Positions 40,273 through 51,080 are shown, counted from the first letter of the stretch. The stretch is 64,000 nt of DNA from an uncultured virus (IMG/VR IMGVR_UViG_3300017724_000001) (IMGVR_UViG_3300017724_000001), one strand, 5' to 3'. Numbers and translations: made by a program. Notes: generated by a model not told the origin, from the sequence alone.

Positions 40273-41262
40273 CTATAATTTAACCTTTTTCACTAATAAT
40301 TCATAAGGTAATGAATAGTTTCTCTCATTGTAGTGATATCCTGCAGTTTTTAATACACCGCCAAGACCTTGAGCCCAATTGCCCATAGATTCCTGAGATA
40401 CATCAAAAACATATACTTGATTATACTTATCAATCACAATAAATTTAAATTCTATAGTGTAATCATCTCTATCATCTCCAAGAGAATCATAAACCATTTT
40501 AGAATAAATAGCAGCTTGCAACCAATAATTATAAAAGTCTACGCTTTCTGCAAATACATCAACAGTTTTACCGGATGTTTTAAGATCACATATTGTTACT
40601 GTCTTTGACTCAGAGTCAACAGTATAGTAATCCACATATCCATGTAATTTAAACGGATAGCCATCTAGATCAGAAACAAGATATTGTTCTGCATATGTAG
40701 TTATTGGGTCTAAATCAAAGTCAGTCTGTTCATTTTTAAATAAACTCATCACCTCTTCATTAGCTTTTATAACTTCAGCTTTAGCAGTACAATCTAATAG
40801 TGTCTCTTCATTGATAACATCTACATTAGTATTAGATAAGAATTCCCAATAAGGTTCAAACTCTTTTTTTATAATCTTTACAATACGTTGTTCATCTGTT
40901 TTAAGAGATTGATACAAATTCATTTCTTTGAGTGAATCCAGTACTATTTCAGATGGAACATCAAATAATAATTTTGCATCAGTATATAAAGACATGTTTT
41001 TTAGGACCTTTCTAACACTATCTGATGGTGCTTTACCGGGTACAATGTTAAACTTTTTGTTTAAGTTCTCAGGTTCAAACACTAAACAATGTACAAGTTT
41101 ACCTTCTACTAAATGTTTATCTGTTTTAACCTCACGTTGTTTAAGAATATAGTCCTTGTAAAACAAGGATGGTGAAAATAAAAGTTTGTTAAGAGAAGAA
41201 TAACTAAATGCAAAATCTTTATCTGCATAAAAGTCTTCTTCTCTTTCCATGTTTCTATTCAT
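40273..41262 (-). CDS. PD-(D/E)xK exonuclease (ExoVIII/Cas4/RecB-like)
   Basis: FSYSSL, GKLVHC, HGYVDY...ICDLKT and YWLQAAIY motifs. Confidence 0.85.
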   Translation of the reverse strand: MNRNMEREEDFYADKDFAFSYSSLNKLLFSPSLFYKDYILKQREVKTDKHLVEGKLVHCLVFEPENLNKKFNIVPGKAPSDSVRKVLKNMSLYTDAKLLFDVPSEIVLDSLKEMNLYQSLKTDEQRIVKIIKKEFEPYWEFLSNTNVDVINEETLLDCTAKAEVIKANEEVMSLFKNEQTDFDLDPITTYAEQYLVSDLDGYPFKLHGYVDYYTVDSESKTVTICDLKTSGKTVDVFAESVDFYNYWLQAAIYSKMVYDSLGDDRDDYTIEFKFIVIDKYNQVYVFDVSQESMGNWAQGLGGVLKTAGYHYNERNYSLPYELLVKKVKL

Positions 41263-42406
41263 CTGAAATAATTTTATTAGTTAATTCTTCATTAATGTAC
41301 AAAGAATCTAAGTCAACCTTAAATACATCTGCACTTGGTCCTACTAAACTAGCTAGAAATGTTGTATGAAGCTTTTCTCTTGTACTATCCACAGCAAATT
41401 TAGTTAATTTTCTGTCTTTAGCCAAAAGATTTAGATACTTATTAAAAGAGTAAATACCTTGAGTATTATGATTTCCTTCATAAGCCTTCATTCTTTTTCT
41501 AAAAGCTTTAACGTTAACTGTATTCCAGTTTGTAGTAGCTTTAAGCCAATCATAGTGCCAGTAATAAATACCAGATACTACATCAAAAGATTTTTCAATA
41601 TTGGAATTAGCCAACATCTCTAAAGCTAATGATCTATTATCTATATCACTACTGGTAACCATCTTCTCTACCTCATCAAATTTTTCACTTTCTAAAACAG
41701 CAAGGTCTTCATCTATTATTGCACATATACTTGTGTCTGCAATAAGTTCAGTAGATGAGTTTGTTATTTTATCAAACAATTCATAATGTTCTACAGGTAA
41801 TATCCAATCATGACCGTGATCAGCAGAATTATTATTTTGTGATGCTAGCTGATCTATAACTTGTTTTACTTTATCAGTTTGAGCTGTCTGTGCTTCATTC
41901 CAGTTTGAACCATAGCTAAAACTAACTCTATAGTTTACATCTGTATTAGACATAAAGTCTCTTAAAACATCTAAAGCTGATGAAGAAAGCAAATCCATAT
42001 TTTTTAATTCCGCTAAAATTCTATAGCACTCTACATATGTAATAGATGATTTCCATTCTCTAGAAACTAATTTATCAAAAAACTTCATAGATACTATACT
42101 TATATCAGCTTTAGAAGCATCTCTGATAACTTTGCAGTTAAACTTTTCTTTCAAAAGGTCAACCTTCTGTCTAGGTAAATCTAACTTAGGATACCTATAG
42201 ATCTTTTTATCTTGTAAATCAACTGTTTCCTTTAAATTAGCAACACCTAGTTTAGTTAAATCTTCCATCCTAACTTCCCAGTTATTGCTGCTAAAGACAT
42301 GCATACCATCAAGATGATTCCATTCAAAAGCATCTTTTGTTAATCTACCGTTATCATCAATTGCAGATGATTTTATATTAATGTTTAATTTTACTCTTTT
42401 TTTCAT
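41255..42406 (-). CDS. BRCT-like domain protein (paralogue of 42378..43436)
   Basis: KKIYRYPKLDLPRQKVDLLKEKFNCKVIRDASKADISIV resembles a BRCT beta-alpha-beta start. Confidence 0.5.
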   Translation of the reverse strand: MKKRVKLNINIKSSAIDDNGRLTKDAFEWNHLDGMHVFSSNNWEVRMEDLTKLGVANLKETVDLQDKKIYRYPKLDLPRQKVDLLKEKFNCKVIRDASKADISIVSMKFFDKLVSREWKSSITYVECYRILAELKNMDLLSSSALDVLRDFMSNTDVNYRVSFSYGSNWNEAQTAQTDKVKQVIDQLASQNNNSADHGHDWILPVEHYELFDKITNSSTELIADTSICAIIDEDLAVLESEKFDEVEKMVTSSDIDNRSLALEMLANSNIEKSFDVVSGIYYWHYDWLKATTNWNTVNVKAFRKRMKAYEGNHNTQGIYSFNKYLNLLAKDRKLTKFAVDSTREKLHTTFLASLVGPSADVFKVDLDSLYINEELTNKIISDE

Positions 42407-43436
42407 GTTTTAAATATTTTTGATATTCTTTTTTAACAGCTACTTTAAATGTATAAAGGTCCCTGTTATGAATGCTTATTTCTCTTCTTACTATAGGCTC
42501 AAGATATCTAAATGTTGTTGTATCAAGTTTCTCTTCTTGCTCTAACCATAGTATCATGTCTTGTGCACTTTTACGATGAAAATCATTAAACTTTGATGCT
42601 TCCAACCAATACTGCAAATCTTTATCTCTATTGTCTGCATATGTTATGCTACTACAGTCTTGTGCAAACTGCCACAATAAATGATAGTTTTTCTTATAGT
42701 CAATAGTAGGAACAATTTTAAGAGCTAAAGCTTTATCATCACCATATGAATTTAACTGAGTTTTAAGATCACTAAGAAGCTGTTCATCAAGAGTCATTTT
42801 AGTAGCAGACGCATGAAGTACTGTTTCAGGATCAATGACACTAACATCTGTAGTATCAATTATATGAGCCAAGTTTATAGCCATACCAGTTAACATCCAG
42901 CTATCATACAAACTATCTTCTATATCTATATCATAGTATCTTACATTATCTGTAACCTTTGGTGTAATAATACATTCCAAACCTGAATTACCTATTTTTT
43001 TAATAATACCATGTCCATTCACATCTCCTTTTGTAGTCTCATAATTCCATATCTTATTCATCATTACTGTAGAAGGAATATTCTCAGCATTAGTTAATTT
43101 ATAAGTTGATATTTCATCATGACCTACAATTAGGTCTGCTATTTCATAATCATTTGTTACAGTTATACCATGCTCTTTAAGAGCAGCTTTTAATCTATCC
43201 TGTGATACATTACATTTTGGTAGTATAAAAGCTTTCTTTTTGGTTCTAAAAGTTTGGTCATCCTCTGTAGGGACCGTTAGTATAGTGTTTATTTTTTCAT
43301 ATGTTGTTTGATCTTGTGTACATAATACTTTAACAATACCAGTACTAGAAACCAACCCATATACAGGGTCAGCTTCTAGTCCAAAGTATTTTAAAGCATC
43401 AGCATCAAACTTTTGATATACTGATTTATTTGCCAT
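42378..43436 (-). CDS. BRCT-like domain protein
   Basis: KKAFILPKCNVSQDRLKAALKEHGITVTNDYEIADLIV. Confidence 0.5.
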   Translation of the reverse strand: MANKSVYQKFDADALKYFGLEADPVYGLVSSTGIVKVLCTQDQTTYEKINTILTVPTEDDQTFRTKKKAFILPKCNVSQDRLKAALKEHGITVTNDYEIADLIVGHDEISTYKLTNAENIPSTVMMNKIWNYETTKGDVNGHGIIKKIGNSGLECIITPKVTDNVRYYDIDIEDSLYDSWMLTGMAINLAHIIDTTDVSVIDPETVLHASATKMTLDEQLLSDLKTQLNSYGDDKALALKIVPTIDYKKNYHLLWQFAQDCSSITYADNRDKDLQYWLEASKFNDFHRKSAQDMILWLEQEEKLDTTTFRYLEPIVRREISIHNRDLYTFKVAVKKEYQKYLKHEKKSKIKH

Positions 43437-43437
43437 T

Positions 43438-44706
43438 TTACTTCATTGTCATTTGGATGATTTCAGGAACCATCATCAACTTGTTAAACTTCTTTTTATT
43501 ACCGTTAAAAATTGTACGTACAATTAAATACTTAAGATCATTAGTAAAATAATCTTTAGTACATAAAGCTATCAGCCTGTCTGTTAACTTCTGTGTTATT
43601 GTATTATCTTTAGAATGAACAACTGAGAAGTTACCTAGCCTTGTAGCAAGAGTAGATGCAATATCTGCACGATACGTGTCATCTTTACCAATACAACCTC
43701 TAAGCTCACCCAAGATATATGATTCGTTTTCATGAGTCAACAAATCTTTAGGTGTTACCAGCTTATCAAGCTTATTATTAATAAAGGTTGTAAACATAGA
43801 AGCAAAAGCATCACCAACACTACCTTCACCAATCATCTGAATCATACTAAGGTTATCCTCAAAAGAATCAAAGCTTGATATTGCATTAAAGAATGTAGTA
43901 ATTGATCTTGCATTAGTCTCTTGTGTTACTAACTCAGGATGGAGCAATAGGAAGTTAATACAACGTGTATCAATACCTGCACCCTCAGCCCATTGTGCCC
44001 ATACATTAACATCAAACTTAAGGTTAGCCGTTACATATCTAGTCTTTTGTGCACTATCTACACTGTTAACCATATAATCACCGTTATCCGGATTTGCTGT
44101 CAAAATTATGTGCCAGTCTTTTGGTAATGTCCATGAGATATAAGATTGTCTATCAATCAATTCCATAACTGCTTGAATAAATCTTGTGTCAGCACGGTTC
44201 CAGTCATCTAGTAATAAGATACCACCGGCTTTTGCATCTGCAATCCATTCAGGAGCACAATAAGACATTCTGTTCTTACCTGTCATTTTGTATCCATTTT
44301 TTAGATACTCTTGTACGGCAAGTTCATCAACCCACATACCAACTTTTTTAGTAGTAGTTTTAAGATTAGCTAAATCTGATGATGCTGCAGCTCTTTGTGC
44401 TGCTGTATAAGATATGTCATCAATCTTCTTTGCAGGTACTTGCTTCTCTTTATACATCTGAAATTGACGTACAGGGAAACCAACTAAGTCACCTAGTTCT
44501 TCTATCTGAGCTAAATTAAGCTTTACAAACTTTAGGTTATTATCTTGAGCAAGCTCTACTATAGTAGAAGTCTTACCAATACCTGATTCACCTACAACTT
44601 CTACGGATACAGAATTCTTACCTGCTTCTTGCAAATATCTGTTATTAGCAATTATGTGATTTACAAACCCCTTTAACTCTGTTACATTTAAATTTACTTG
44701 TGCCAT
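43438..44706 (-). CDS. MoxR-like AAA+ ATPase
   Basis: Walker A GESGIGKT, Walker B ILLLDDWNRA and sensor ILTANP. Confidence 0.85.
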   Translation of the reverse strand: MAQVNLNVTELKGFVNHIIANNRYLQEAGKNSVSVEVVGESGIGKTSTIVELAQDNNLKFVKLNLAQIEELGDLVGFPVRQFQMYKEKQVPAKKIDDISYTAAQRAAASSDLANLKTTTKKVGMWVDELAVQEYLKNGYKMTGKNRMSYCAPEWIADAKAGGILLLDDWNRADTRFIQAVMELIDRQSYISWTLPKDWHIILTANPDNGDYMVNSVDSAQKTRYVTANLKFDVNVWAQWAEGAGIDTRCINFLLLHPELVTQETNARSITTFFNAISSFDSFEDNLSMIQMIGEGSVGDAFASMFTTFINNKLDKLVTPKDLLTHENESYILGELRGCIGKDDTYRADIASTLATRLGNFSVVHSKDNTITQKLTDRLIALCTKDYFTNDLKYLIVRTIFNGNKKKFNKLMMVPEIIQMTMK

Positions 44707-44713
44707 TTTTCTA

Positions 44714-45877
44714 TTAATTTAATTTAATTACTTGTCCTGGTAGTTCATCATTCATACTAGAAATACTGCTTAATACCCATAAGGTGTTATTTGGACAGTT
44801 TTCTGGAGAATAAGCCTCACCATCTGTTAAATATATTAGAGCTGTATACTGCCCTTTGTTTTCATTAAAATGATCTACTACTGGTTGGAAGCTTGTCCCA
44901 CCACGACCATGTATTTCCCAATCTTTTTTTGGATTAAACTCTTTCACGCTATTCAAGCGGGTGTCACATTGTGCTACTGTAATTTTATGACCTGTCTTAT
45001 GCATATGTGCAAGCTCACCAAAGAACTCTTTAAGCTCATCATTATTTACAGATCCACTTGTGTCAACACCAACAAGTATGTGATTCTTGAATTTAATCTT
45101 AAGTCCTGGATTAGCTGAATAACGTTTATTGTATTTACGTCTCAGCTTTTTAGTATATACTATACTAGAGTTACCTACAAACCTTCTTAGATATCCTTTC
45201 CAATCAAACTTAGGTGGTTCAATATGCATTAACCTATGAATCAAATCAGCAAGCTCACCCGGTATAGTACCTTGTTTCTTTTCTGTTTGCTCAGCAGATT
45301 CTTTAAGTTGATGTTCAATTTGTTTCTGAACTAACTTTTTATCAGCTTCAGGTAACTCATCAAACTCTTCCCACGTACTATGACAATAAGGTGATTCACC
45401 ATCCATTTGATCCATTAGATTATCTAATGAAGGACAGGTCCCATCTTCTTGCGCTTGTTCCAAAAGTTTATAATATTCTTTTGTACCTGCTTTTTTAGGA
45501 AGATTTAATTCAGGAAAACTTGATAACAATAAACCACCATCAGGTAATTTACTTTCCAGTATGTACTGGTTGATCTCTAAATCTGCAGCTATATTAAATA
45601 ACTTGTGATTAGAATATAGATCCCTCAATAAAAGATGACCAAATGCAATATGCAAAAGTTCATGTTTAATTAATCCAAATCTGTGATCTTCACTGAGTCC
45701 ATTATAAAACTCTGGATTTATTGTCAATTGCATACCAATACCTTGTTTGCTTACTCCTGCTGTAGGAATACGCTCACTATATTGCTTATTGATACCAATT
45801 AAAAAGAGCCCGTAAAAGGGCTCTGTAAATATTAAATTTTTAGTTGTTCTTGCAACCTGATCTTGTATGTTTATCAT
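44714..45877 (-). CDS. DUF2201-like metallopeptidase plus vWA domain protein
   Basis: HELLH...NIAADLEIN zincin; MIDAS DTSGS, GGTSF and LTDG. Confidence 0.85.
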   Translation of the reverse strand: MINIQDQVARTTKNLIFTEPFYGLFLIGINKQYSERIPTAGVSKQGIGMQLTINPEFYNGLSEDHRFGLIKHELLHIAFGHLLLRDLYSNHKLFNIAADLEINQYILESKLPDGGLLLSSFPELNLPKKAGTKEYYKLLEQAQEDGTCPSLDNLMDQMDGESPYCHSTWEEFDELPEADKKLVQKQIEHQLKESAEQTEKKQGTIPGELADLIHRLMHIEPPKFDWKGYLRRFVGNSSIVYTKKLRRKYNKRYSANPGLKIKFKNHILVGVDTSGSVNNDELKEFFGELAHMHKTGHKITVAQCDTRLNSVKEFNPKKDWEIHGRGGTSFQPVVDHFNENKGQYTALIYLTDGEAYSPENCPNNTLWVLSSISSMNDELPGQVIKLN

Positions 45878-46176
45878 TGATTCATGATTTTATCTAATAT
45901 TTGTTTATAAATAGAATCTGCTTTATGGATATCTATATAATAGTATAAAGCCTGTCTGCCAACAATTGGTGGATCAATAAATTGAACCGCATCAGCAAAC
46001 TTCTTTCTGTGTTTAAATACTAAAGCTTTATGCATTAGTAAATCAGTAGTGTCATTCTTATAATTATTTGTATAAATTTCCCAAGCTAATTCCTGATCAT
46101 CAGGTAAACCTTGAAACATTTGTTTTAATCTAAAGAATTCTTCAAATGTAATTACTTTGTAACTATCTCTATCCAT
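45874..46176 (-). CDS. Small helical protein sharing a motif with the two BRCT-like proteins
   Basis: EEFFRLKQMFQGLPDDQELAWEI. Confidence 0.5.
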   Translation of the reverse strand: MDRDSYKVITFEEFFRLKQMFQGLPDDQELAWEIYTNNYKNDTTDLLMHKALVFKHRKKFADAVQFIDPPIVGRQALYYYIDIHKADSIYKQILDKIMNQ

Positions 46177-46520
46177 ACTCCTGGATTCTTCTTATCATAT
46201 GTGTATTGCTCAAATGCAGGAATTATAAATTCTGCATTATCATCTTCTATCCAACCATACTTAACCATATCATCTTGCACTGTTTGTGCAGGATTTATAT
46301 AATCAAACTTATGGCGGCTGCCTCTAATAAATTCAAAAGATATTTTAACTGGAAGCTCATGCTTCTTGAGCTCTTCTTTAAACTCTTCAGTATATTTAAG
46401 ATAAATATCTTTAGTTGCTTTTCTGTAGTTCATTACAGCTTTGCTAGCAATAAAGTATTTACCTGTCCATCTTCTTCCATTTTTACTAGAAGGTACGTTT
46501 CCCGGTATAAACCATTTCAT
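46152..46520 (-). CDS. RusA-like Holliday junction resolvase/endonuclease
   Basis: IPGNVPSSKN, KFDYIN, QDDMVKYGWIEDDN and DKKNPGV. Confidence 0.75.
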   Translation of the reverse strand: MKWFIPGNVPSSKNGRRWTGKYFIASKAVMNYRKATKDIYLKYTEEFKEELKKHELPVKISFEFIRGSRHKFDYINPAQTVQDDMVKYGWIEDDNAEFIIPAFEQYTYDKKNPGVWIEIVTK

Positions 46521-46523
46521 ATA

Positions 46524-47501
46524 TTATTTATTTAAGGTCTCTTTTAATAATGGTCTTAGCATACTATGCACTTTATCAAATCCATGCTCTTTCATAGCAT
46601 CTGATATGTCTTTACATATAGTTGGCACAAAACCGTGGATTTTATATTCTTTTAAATATACCTCCACAGCATGCTTACCTGCATCATCATTATCAAATAG
46701 AGTGATTACTTTTTTATACTTCTTCTTTAAGTGCTCTATAATATGAGGTTTAATCATAGTATTTTCTGAGTCAGGACTAATAACTTCTATGTTATAACCC
46801 ATACTCTTTAAGCACATTGAATCTTTAAGTGATGAACAAATAACTAAATAAGGCTGATTATACTTAAGCTGGTCCTTACCTTGTAAATATGGCTTTGCTT
46901 TATAAAATTTGTACTTCTTACTAAAAGGTTGGTACATTTTATAAACTTCACCATTCTTATCAAAATAACCATAGCACCATTTACTACCTATAGTTAGCTT
47001 ATTTACTTCACCTGAATCATCTTTAATTAAATTATAATAATCAATTGGTCTAACGTTGTACTCTTCAAGCATAGTTTTACCTATTCTAAAAGATAACCAA
47101 AACTTCCTATCCTCAGTAGTCCATTGTCTTTCTTTGATAAAATCAATTTTCCATCTTGATTGAGGTGTAAATTTTTGTTGTACATATTCTGATGATTGCA
47201 CATACTTGTTGTAATCTGATGTCATTTTTGTCATGGCACCATGAAAGTCTATATTAAACATTAGTTTAACTAGATCTATCTTATTACCGCTTCTACCTGT
47301 TGAAAAGTCTTTAAACTTATACTGCATTATAGATTTATCTACATATATGCAAAAGCTTGGCGTTCTTTCATTAGGATTAAAAATAGATTTAATCTTAATG
47401 TCTTGACCAGTAAGCTGTTCAGGAAGATCTAAGTAATATTGAAACACCCAAGTACTAGGTACATCTTGTCCTTCTCCAACGATGTTTTTTGTATTAAACA
47501 T
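46524..47501 (-). CDS. DnaG-like primase (likely start MFNTKN at 47501)
   Basis: ERTPSF...FKDFSTG N-terminal region and TOPRIM motifs SSLKD, LFDNDDAG and KDISD. Confidence 0.8.
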   Translation of the reverse strand: MFNTKNIVGEGQDVPSTWVFQYYLDLPEQLTGQDIKIKSIFNPNERTPSFCIYVDKSIMQYKFKDFSTGRSGNKIDLVKLMFNIDFHGAMTKMTSDYNKYVQSSEYVQQKFTPQSRWKIDFIKERQWTTEDRKFWLSFRIGKTMLEEYNVRPIDYYNLIKDDSGEVNKLTIGSKWCYGYFDKNGEVYKMYQPFSKKYKFYKAKPYLQGKDQLKYNQPYLVICSSLKDSMCLKSMGYNIEVISPDSENTMIKPHIIEHLKKKYKKVITLFDNDDAGKHAVEVYLKEYKIHGFVPTICKDISDAMKEHGFDKVHSMLRPLLKETLNK

Positions 47502-47516
47502 AAAACCAAAGATATT

Positions 47517-47550
47517 AAAAAGAAATGGGCCCAGCAATACACTGAGCCCA
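47517..47550 (-). terminator. Putative intrinsic terminator after the SSB-like gene
   Basis: Minus strand TGGGCTCAG...CTGGGCCCA followed by TTTCTTTT. Confidence 0.6.
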
Positions 47551-47569
47551 CTCTTTCTAATTGGAGATA

Positions 47570-48244
47570 TTAAAGTTCAAAGTCAGATCCTGCAGTAGGA
47601 GCTGGTTCAAAGTTATTAGCTGGTGCTGCTTCTTTCTTTACAAATGGTCTGAAATGATTGCTATCATTCTTATCAAATTGTACAAGATTAGAATTCTCTA
47701 CATCAAGAGCTTCTAGAGGAACACCCATTCTGTTTCTCTTTGGTAAGAATAGATCATTATTTACATAACCTTCTCTATTTTCCCACTCACGTGCACCTAG
47801 GCAAGCATTAATATAGCCAGTGCCTGAACAAATCTTTGCAGCCTTCATCATAAAGTCTTCAATTGTTCCTGCCTCAATAGCATCAAGCTCATCTCTTTTG
47901 CCAACAACTTCAGCCAAAAAGACCATTGCTTTCAAAACTTCAGTATCACGGCTAATTTCATTACCATTTGCTAATGTAGCATCTTTAAATGGATATGGAG
48001 AAAATCTTACTCTACCAACTTGACCTTCATAACGTGGACCATTTACATTATTAACATCTTTAAGAAAACCATTGAACTCTCCTTCAATAGGTTCACCTTC
48101 TACATGTAATGTAATATTATATGCATCTGCATCATATGGTGTTTGATCAAAGGTAATAGAATTGATTTTTACTTTCTGATTTCCTGTTCCAATTACTGGT
48201 TTAGTTCCGCCTGATCCGGCAGACATGTCTTTAGTACTTAACAT
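47570..48244 (-). CDS. Putative single-stranded DNA-binding protein
   Basis: Lies between the AAA recombinase-like gene and primase; beta-rich, with an acidic/aromatic tail (GSDFEL). Confidence 0.55.
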   Translation of the reverse strand: MLSTKDMSAGSGGTKPVIGTGNQKVKINSITFDQTPYDADAYNITLHVEGEPIEGEFNGFLKDVNNVNGPRYEGQVGRVRFSPYPFKDATLANGNEISRDTEVLKAMVFLAEVVGKRDELDAIEAGTIEDFMMKAAKICSGTGYINACLGAREWENREGYVNNDLFLPKRNRMGVPLEALDVENSNLVQFDKNDSNHFRPFVKKEAAPANNFEPAPTAGSDFEL

Positions 48245-48268
48245 AATTTACTTTTTTTAATTATTAGT

Positions 48269-48952
48269 TTATTTGTTGTATTCTTCAATACAACTTGTTA
48301 CAAATTGTAGGTCATTCTTGATAAATCTATCTTCAAACATACCCATTGGTGATTTACATGTGTTCTCTCCATTGTTTTGAGTTTCAAAACCATATTCAAG
48401 TTCACCATCATCATTTTTATTTACTTTTCCAAATAAAACAATTGAGAATAAGCCTTCCAAAGTTAAAGTGTTGTCAATCATTTTGCCAACAGTTTTAGCT
48501 TTAATTTTTCTATTCCCATTAATATCAGTTGACTCTTCTGAGTGAGTTAAGAAAATGATAGTTAAGTCATCTCTAAGATCTTTAGGTAGCTTAGCAACTT
48601 GTGCTAAGTTAGCTGCAATCTGAGTAAACTTATCATACCCTTTTTCATTAGCTCTATCAAAATATTCAAAAGAACTCATATATTGCCAATCATCAACAAC
48701 AATAGTTTTGATATGGCCCATTTTATCATTTACATGACGCATTGCCTTAATAATACCCGGAGCTGTAGCAGCTGAGGTAAGATTACCTTTAGGGTTATCT
48801 TTAGTTATCTGAGTATACTTACTCTTCCAACCTTTGAAAGGTAAAGGTTTATTTGCTATGTTTATAATGAAAGTCTCTTTGGGATCTAATGTTCTGATTG
48901 AGGTTGACTTTCCTGTACCTGAATCAGCAATTACTAATACGCTGTTTGCCAT
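48269..48952 (-). CDS. AAA_24/Sak4-like P-loop ATPase
   Basis: ADSGTGKSTS, IVVDDWQY and FLTHSE. Confidence 0.8.
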   Translation of the reverse strand: MANSVLVIADSGTGKSTSIRTLDPKETFIINIANKPLPFKGWKSKYTQITKDNPKGNLTSAATAPGIIKAMRHVNDKMGHIKTIVVDDWQYMSSFEYFDRANEKGYDKFTQIAANLAQVAKLPKDLRDDLTIIFLTHSEESTDINGNRKIKAKTVGKMIDNTLTLEGLFSIVLFGKVNKNDDGELEYGFETQNNGENTCKSPMGMFEDRFIKNDLQFVTSCIEEYNK

Positions 48953-48955
48953 GAT

Positions 48956-49519
48956 TTATTTATTGAATTTATTGATTACTTTAGTTAATGTGATTAATGT
49001 TTGATTTATTTCTTCTAGCTTATCTATAAGTGCAGAATTTGCACCTGCATCAGGATTTGGTAAATCAAATAATGTTTTACCTATATCTGATACAAACTTA
49101 GGCTCTTCTATAATAGGATTACCTCTTGAAGTTATATCATTAATAACTTTTAATTCACTTACAGGTATAAGATGTCTTTGAAAACCTGAACTGGAAGTAA
49201 CTAATTCATATTCTGATTTCCAATGTGGATTAGCTCTATGCAAATATAACGTTCTTTTTGGATCTTCAGAATCATAATCTATACTAACAAATTCAGTGTA
49301 GATGTCTTTATCTTTCTCTAGCTCACTAGGAAAGAATGATACATATAATTCATCTTTACCTTTAGGCCTATAGGCCATCTTTGGTATATACAGTGCATGC
49401 ATAGTACCTACTGTTTGAAAGTAGTCTTCATGCTCTTCTCTTAATTTATTTACTTTTTGTTTTCTTTCTTCAGGAGTTAATCCCATAATTTCTGTGTTTA
49501 ATTTTTTAGTGCTTATCAT
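48956..49519 (-). CDS. Hypothetical protein in the replication operon
   Basis: ORF track, 187 aa. Confidence 0.6.
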   Translation of the reverse strand: MISTKKLNTEIMGLTPEERKQKVNKLREEHEDYFQTVGTMHALYIPKMAYRPKGKDELYVSFFPSELEKDKDIYTEFVSIDYDSEDPKRTLYLHRANPHWKSEYELVTSSSGFQRHLIPVSELKVINDITSRGNPIIEEPKFVSDIGKTLFDLPNPDAGANSALIDKLEEINQTLITLTKVINKFNK

Positions 49520-50472
49520 CTGCGTTCTTGTTGTCCAGGAGTAGGCATTTCTGCAATCTGCATCTTTTCAAATTCTGCTTTGAAAAAACTCATTCTTGCA
49601 TCACCATTTCTAGCTTTTAAGAAATGCAACACCAATGTCCTATCATTTTCTATTATATATCTATCAGGCCCATAATATCTAATCTTTTGTTTAGCCGGGC
49701 GGTTGATACCAATTAACATATCAGCATGCTGAAGCATAGCATCTGATCCAAATATATCTGACTCAAGAATATAATTACCATACTTGCCATCAATTGCTCT
49801 ATCAGGGTTATCAATATTTCTATTAAGTTGTGATAGTGCAATAAATAAACAAGGATAATCTCTCTTACATTGAGTAAAAAATTCACCTAATTCAAATAAC
49901 ATATCTAATGAATTGTTTTGATAAGGCGCTCTCTTTACAAGCATTGTATGATCTAATGTAATTATAGTCTTTTTACCTTGATGTTTAGTCATATACTGAT
50001 CAATTTGATCACGCATTTGATTTACAGTCAAGGGTGTTGATATAATATCTACAGGATACTTTACTCTTTCTTTAGCATATTGATGACATGTGTTTAATGC
50101 TTCAGTACTTAAGACAGATCCAGCACTACATAATTCTTTATATGTTTTACCGGTTATAGAACTAAATTCTCTAATAGCTGATGTTCTACCAACCATCTCA
50201 AATTGAAATTCAAGAACTCTAAAGTCATCATTAGGATTAAGCATAAATGATTCACGTATAATCTGATCTTTAATAAGAGTTTTACCTGAACCAGGTCTAC
50301 CACCAATAACAGTTAGTGTGTTCCATTCTAAGCCATCAGTAGCTGCATCATTAAATTTAGGCCAAGGAGTGTAAATAGATTTCTCTTCTCCTGTTGACCT
50401 AGCATACATATATTTTAGTGCATCATTGAAGGCTGTGTACTGGCCCACCCATGCTGGTGTTGGTTTACCCAT
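49516..50472 (-). CDS. dnaB: DnaB-like replicative helicase (ATPase domain only)
   Basis: GGRPGSGKT, FEM, LDH, LSQLNR and KARNG. Confidence 0.9.
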   Translation of the reverse strand: MGKPTPAWVGQYTAFNDALKYMYARSTGEEKSIYTPWPKFNDAATDGLEWNTLTVIGGRPGSGKTLIKDQIIRESFMLNPNDDFRVLEFQFEMVGRTSAIREFSSITGKTYKELCSAGSVLSTEALNTCHQYAKERVKYPVDIISTPLTVNQMRDQIDQYMTKHQGKKTIITLDHTMLVKRAPYQNNSLDMLFELGEFFTQCKRDYPCLFIALSQLNRNIDNPDRAIDGKYGNYILESDIFGSDAMLQHADMLIGINRPAKQKIRYYGPDRYIIENDRTLVLHFLKARNGDARMSFFKAEFEKMQIAEMPTPGQQERR

Positions 50473-50489
50473 ATTACTTATTTAATTAG

Positions 50490-51080
50490 TTATACTACAT
50501 TTTCTTTAAAGTGATCTTCTTCTGTACTTACACCTTCTACTATCATATCACAGTAGTCAGCTAAAGTAGAATGTTTGACCCTATGTTTATCTTGCTTACA
50601 TATAAAGTATTGACTTGTTTGCATGTACATATACTCTGCATCTCTATACTCATTTACATACATCTGAGTTGCTTTTTGCACTTCATCCCATGTATGATCA
50701 TATGTTTCAAAGAACCATCTAAATGCTTCTCCTAAAGCTTTGACATTATTTCTTGCTGGTTTACCGCTTGGTAATTTTTTAGCAGGAAATACTTCTCTAT
50801 AATTATTTATTCTTTCTACAAAGTCTTTACCCATTAATTGAATATCAGTCTTTTTCTTAGCTTTAATAAAATAACTATCTAGAGTAGCACAAATTACTTT
50901 GGCTTTATTTGTCATTATATATTGGTCTTCTTTCATTTCTAGAAAACCTTTTTTTACAAGAGCCTCTCTATCCTTTGCTACTGCCTCTGGTAAGGAGATT
51001 TTTTGCTTCATACCAAATAGGATCAAGCTCTGGTTTGGAGTCAAGTTTGCTTTCAGTATTTTCTGAAATAGTTCCCACAT
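50490..51080 (-). CDS. Putative replication initiator/loader with N-terminal winged-helix-like region
   Basis: Lies immediately upstream of dnaB; REALVKKGFL wHTH-like segment. Confidence 0.45.
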   Translation of the reverse strand: MWELFQKILKANLTPNQSLILFGMKQKISLPEAVAKDREALVKKGFLEMKEDQYIMTNKAKVICATLDSYFIKAKKKTDIQLMGKDFVERINNYREVFPAKKLPSGKPARNNVKALGEAFRWFFETYDHTWDEVQKATQMYVNEYRDAEYMYMQTSQYFICKQDKHRVKHSTLADYCDMIVEGVSTEEDHFKENVV

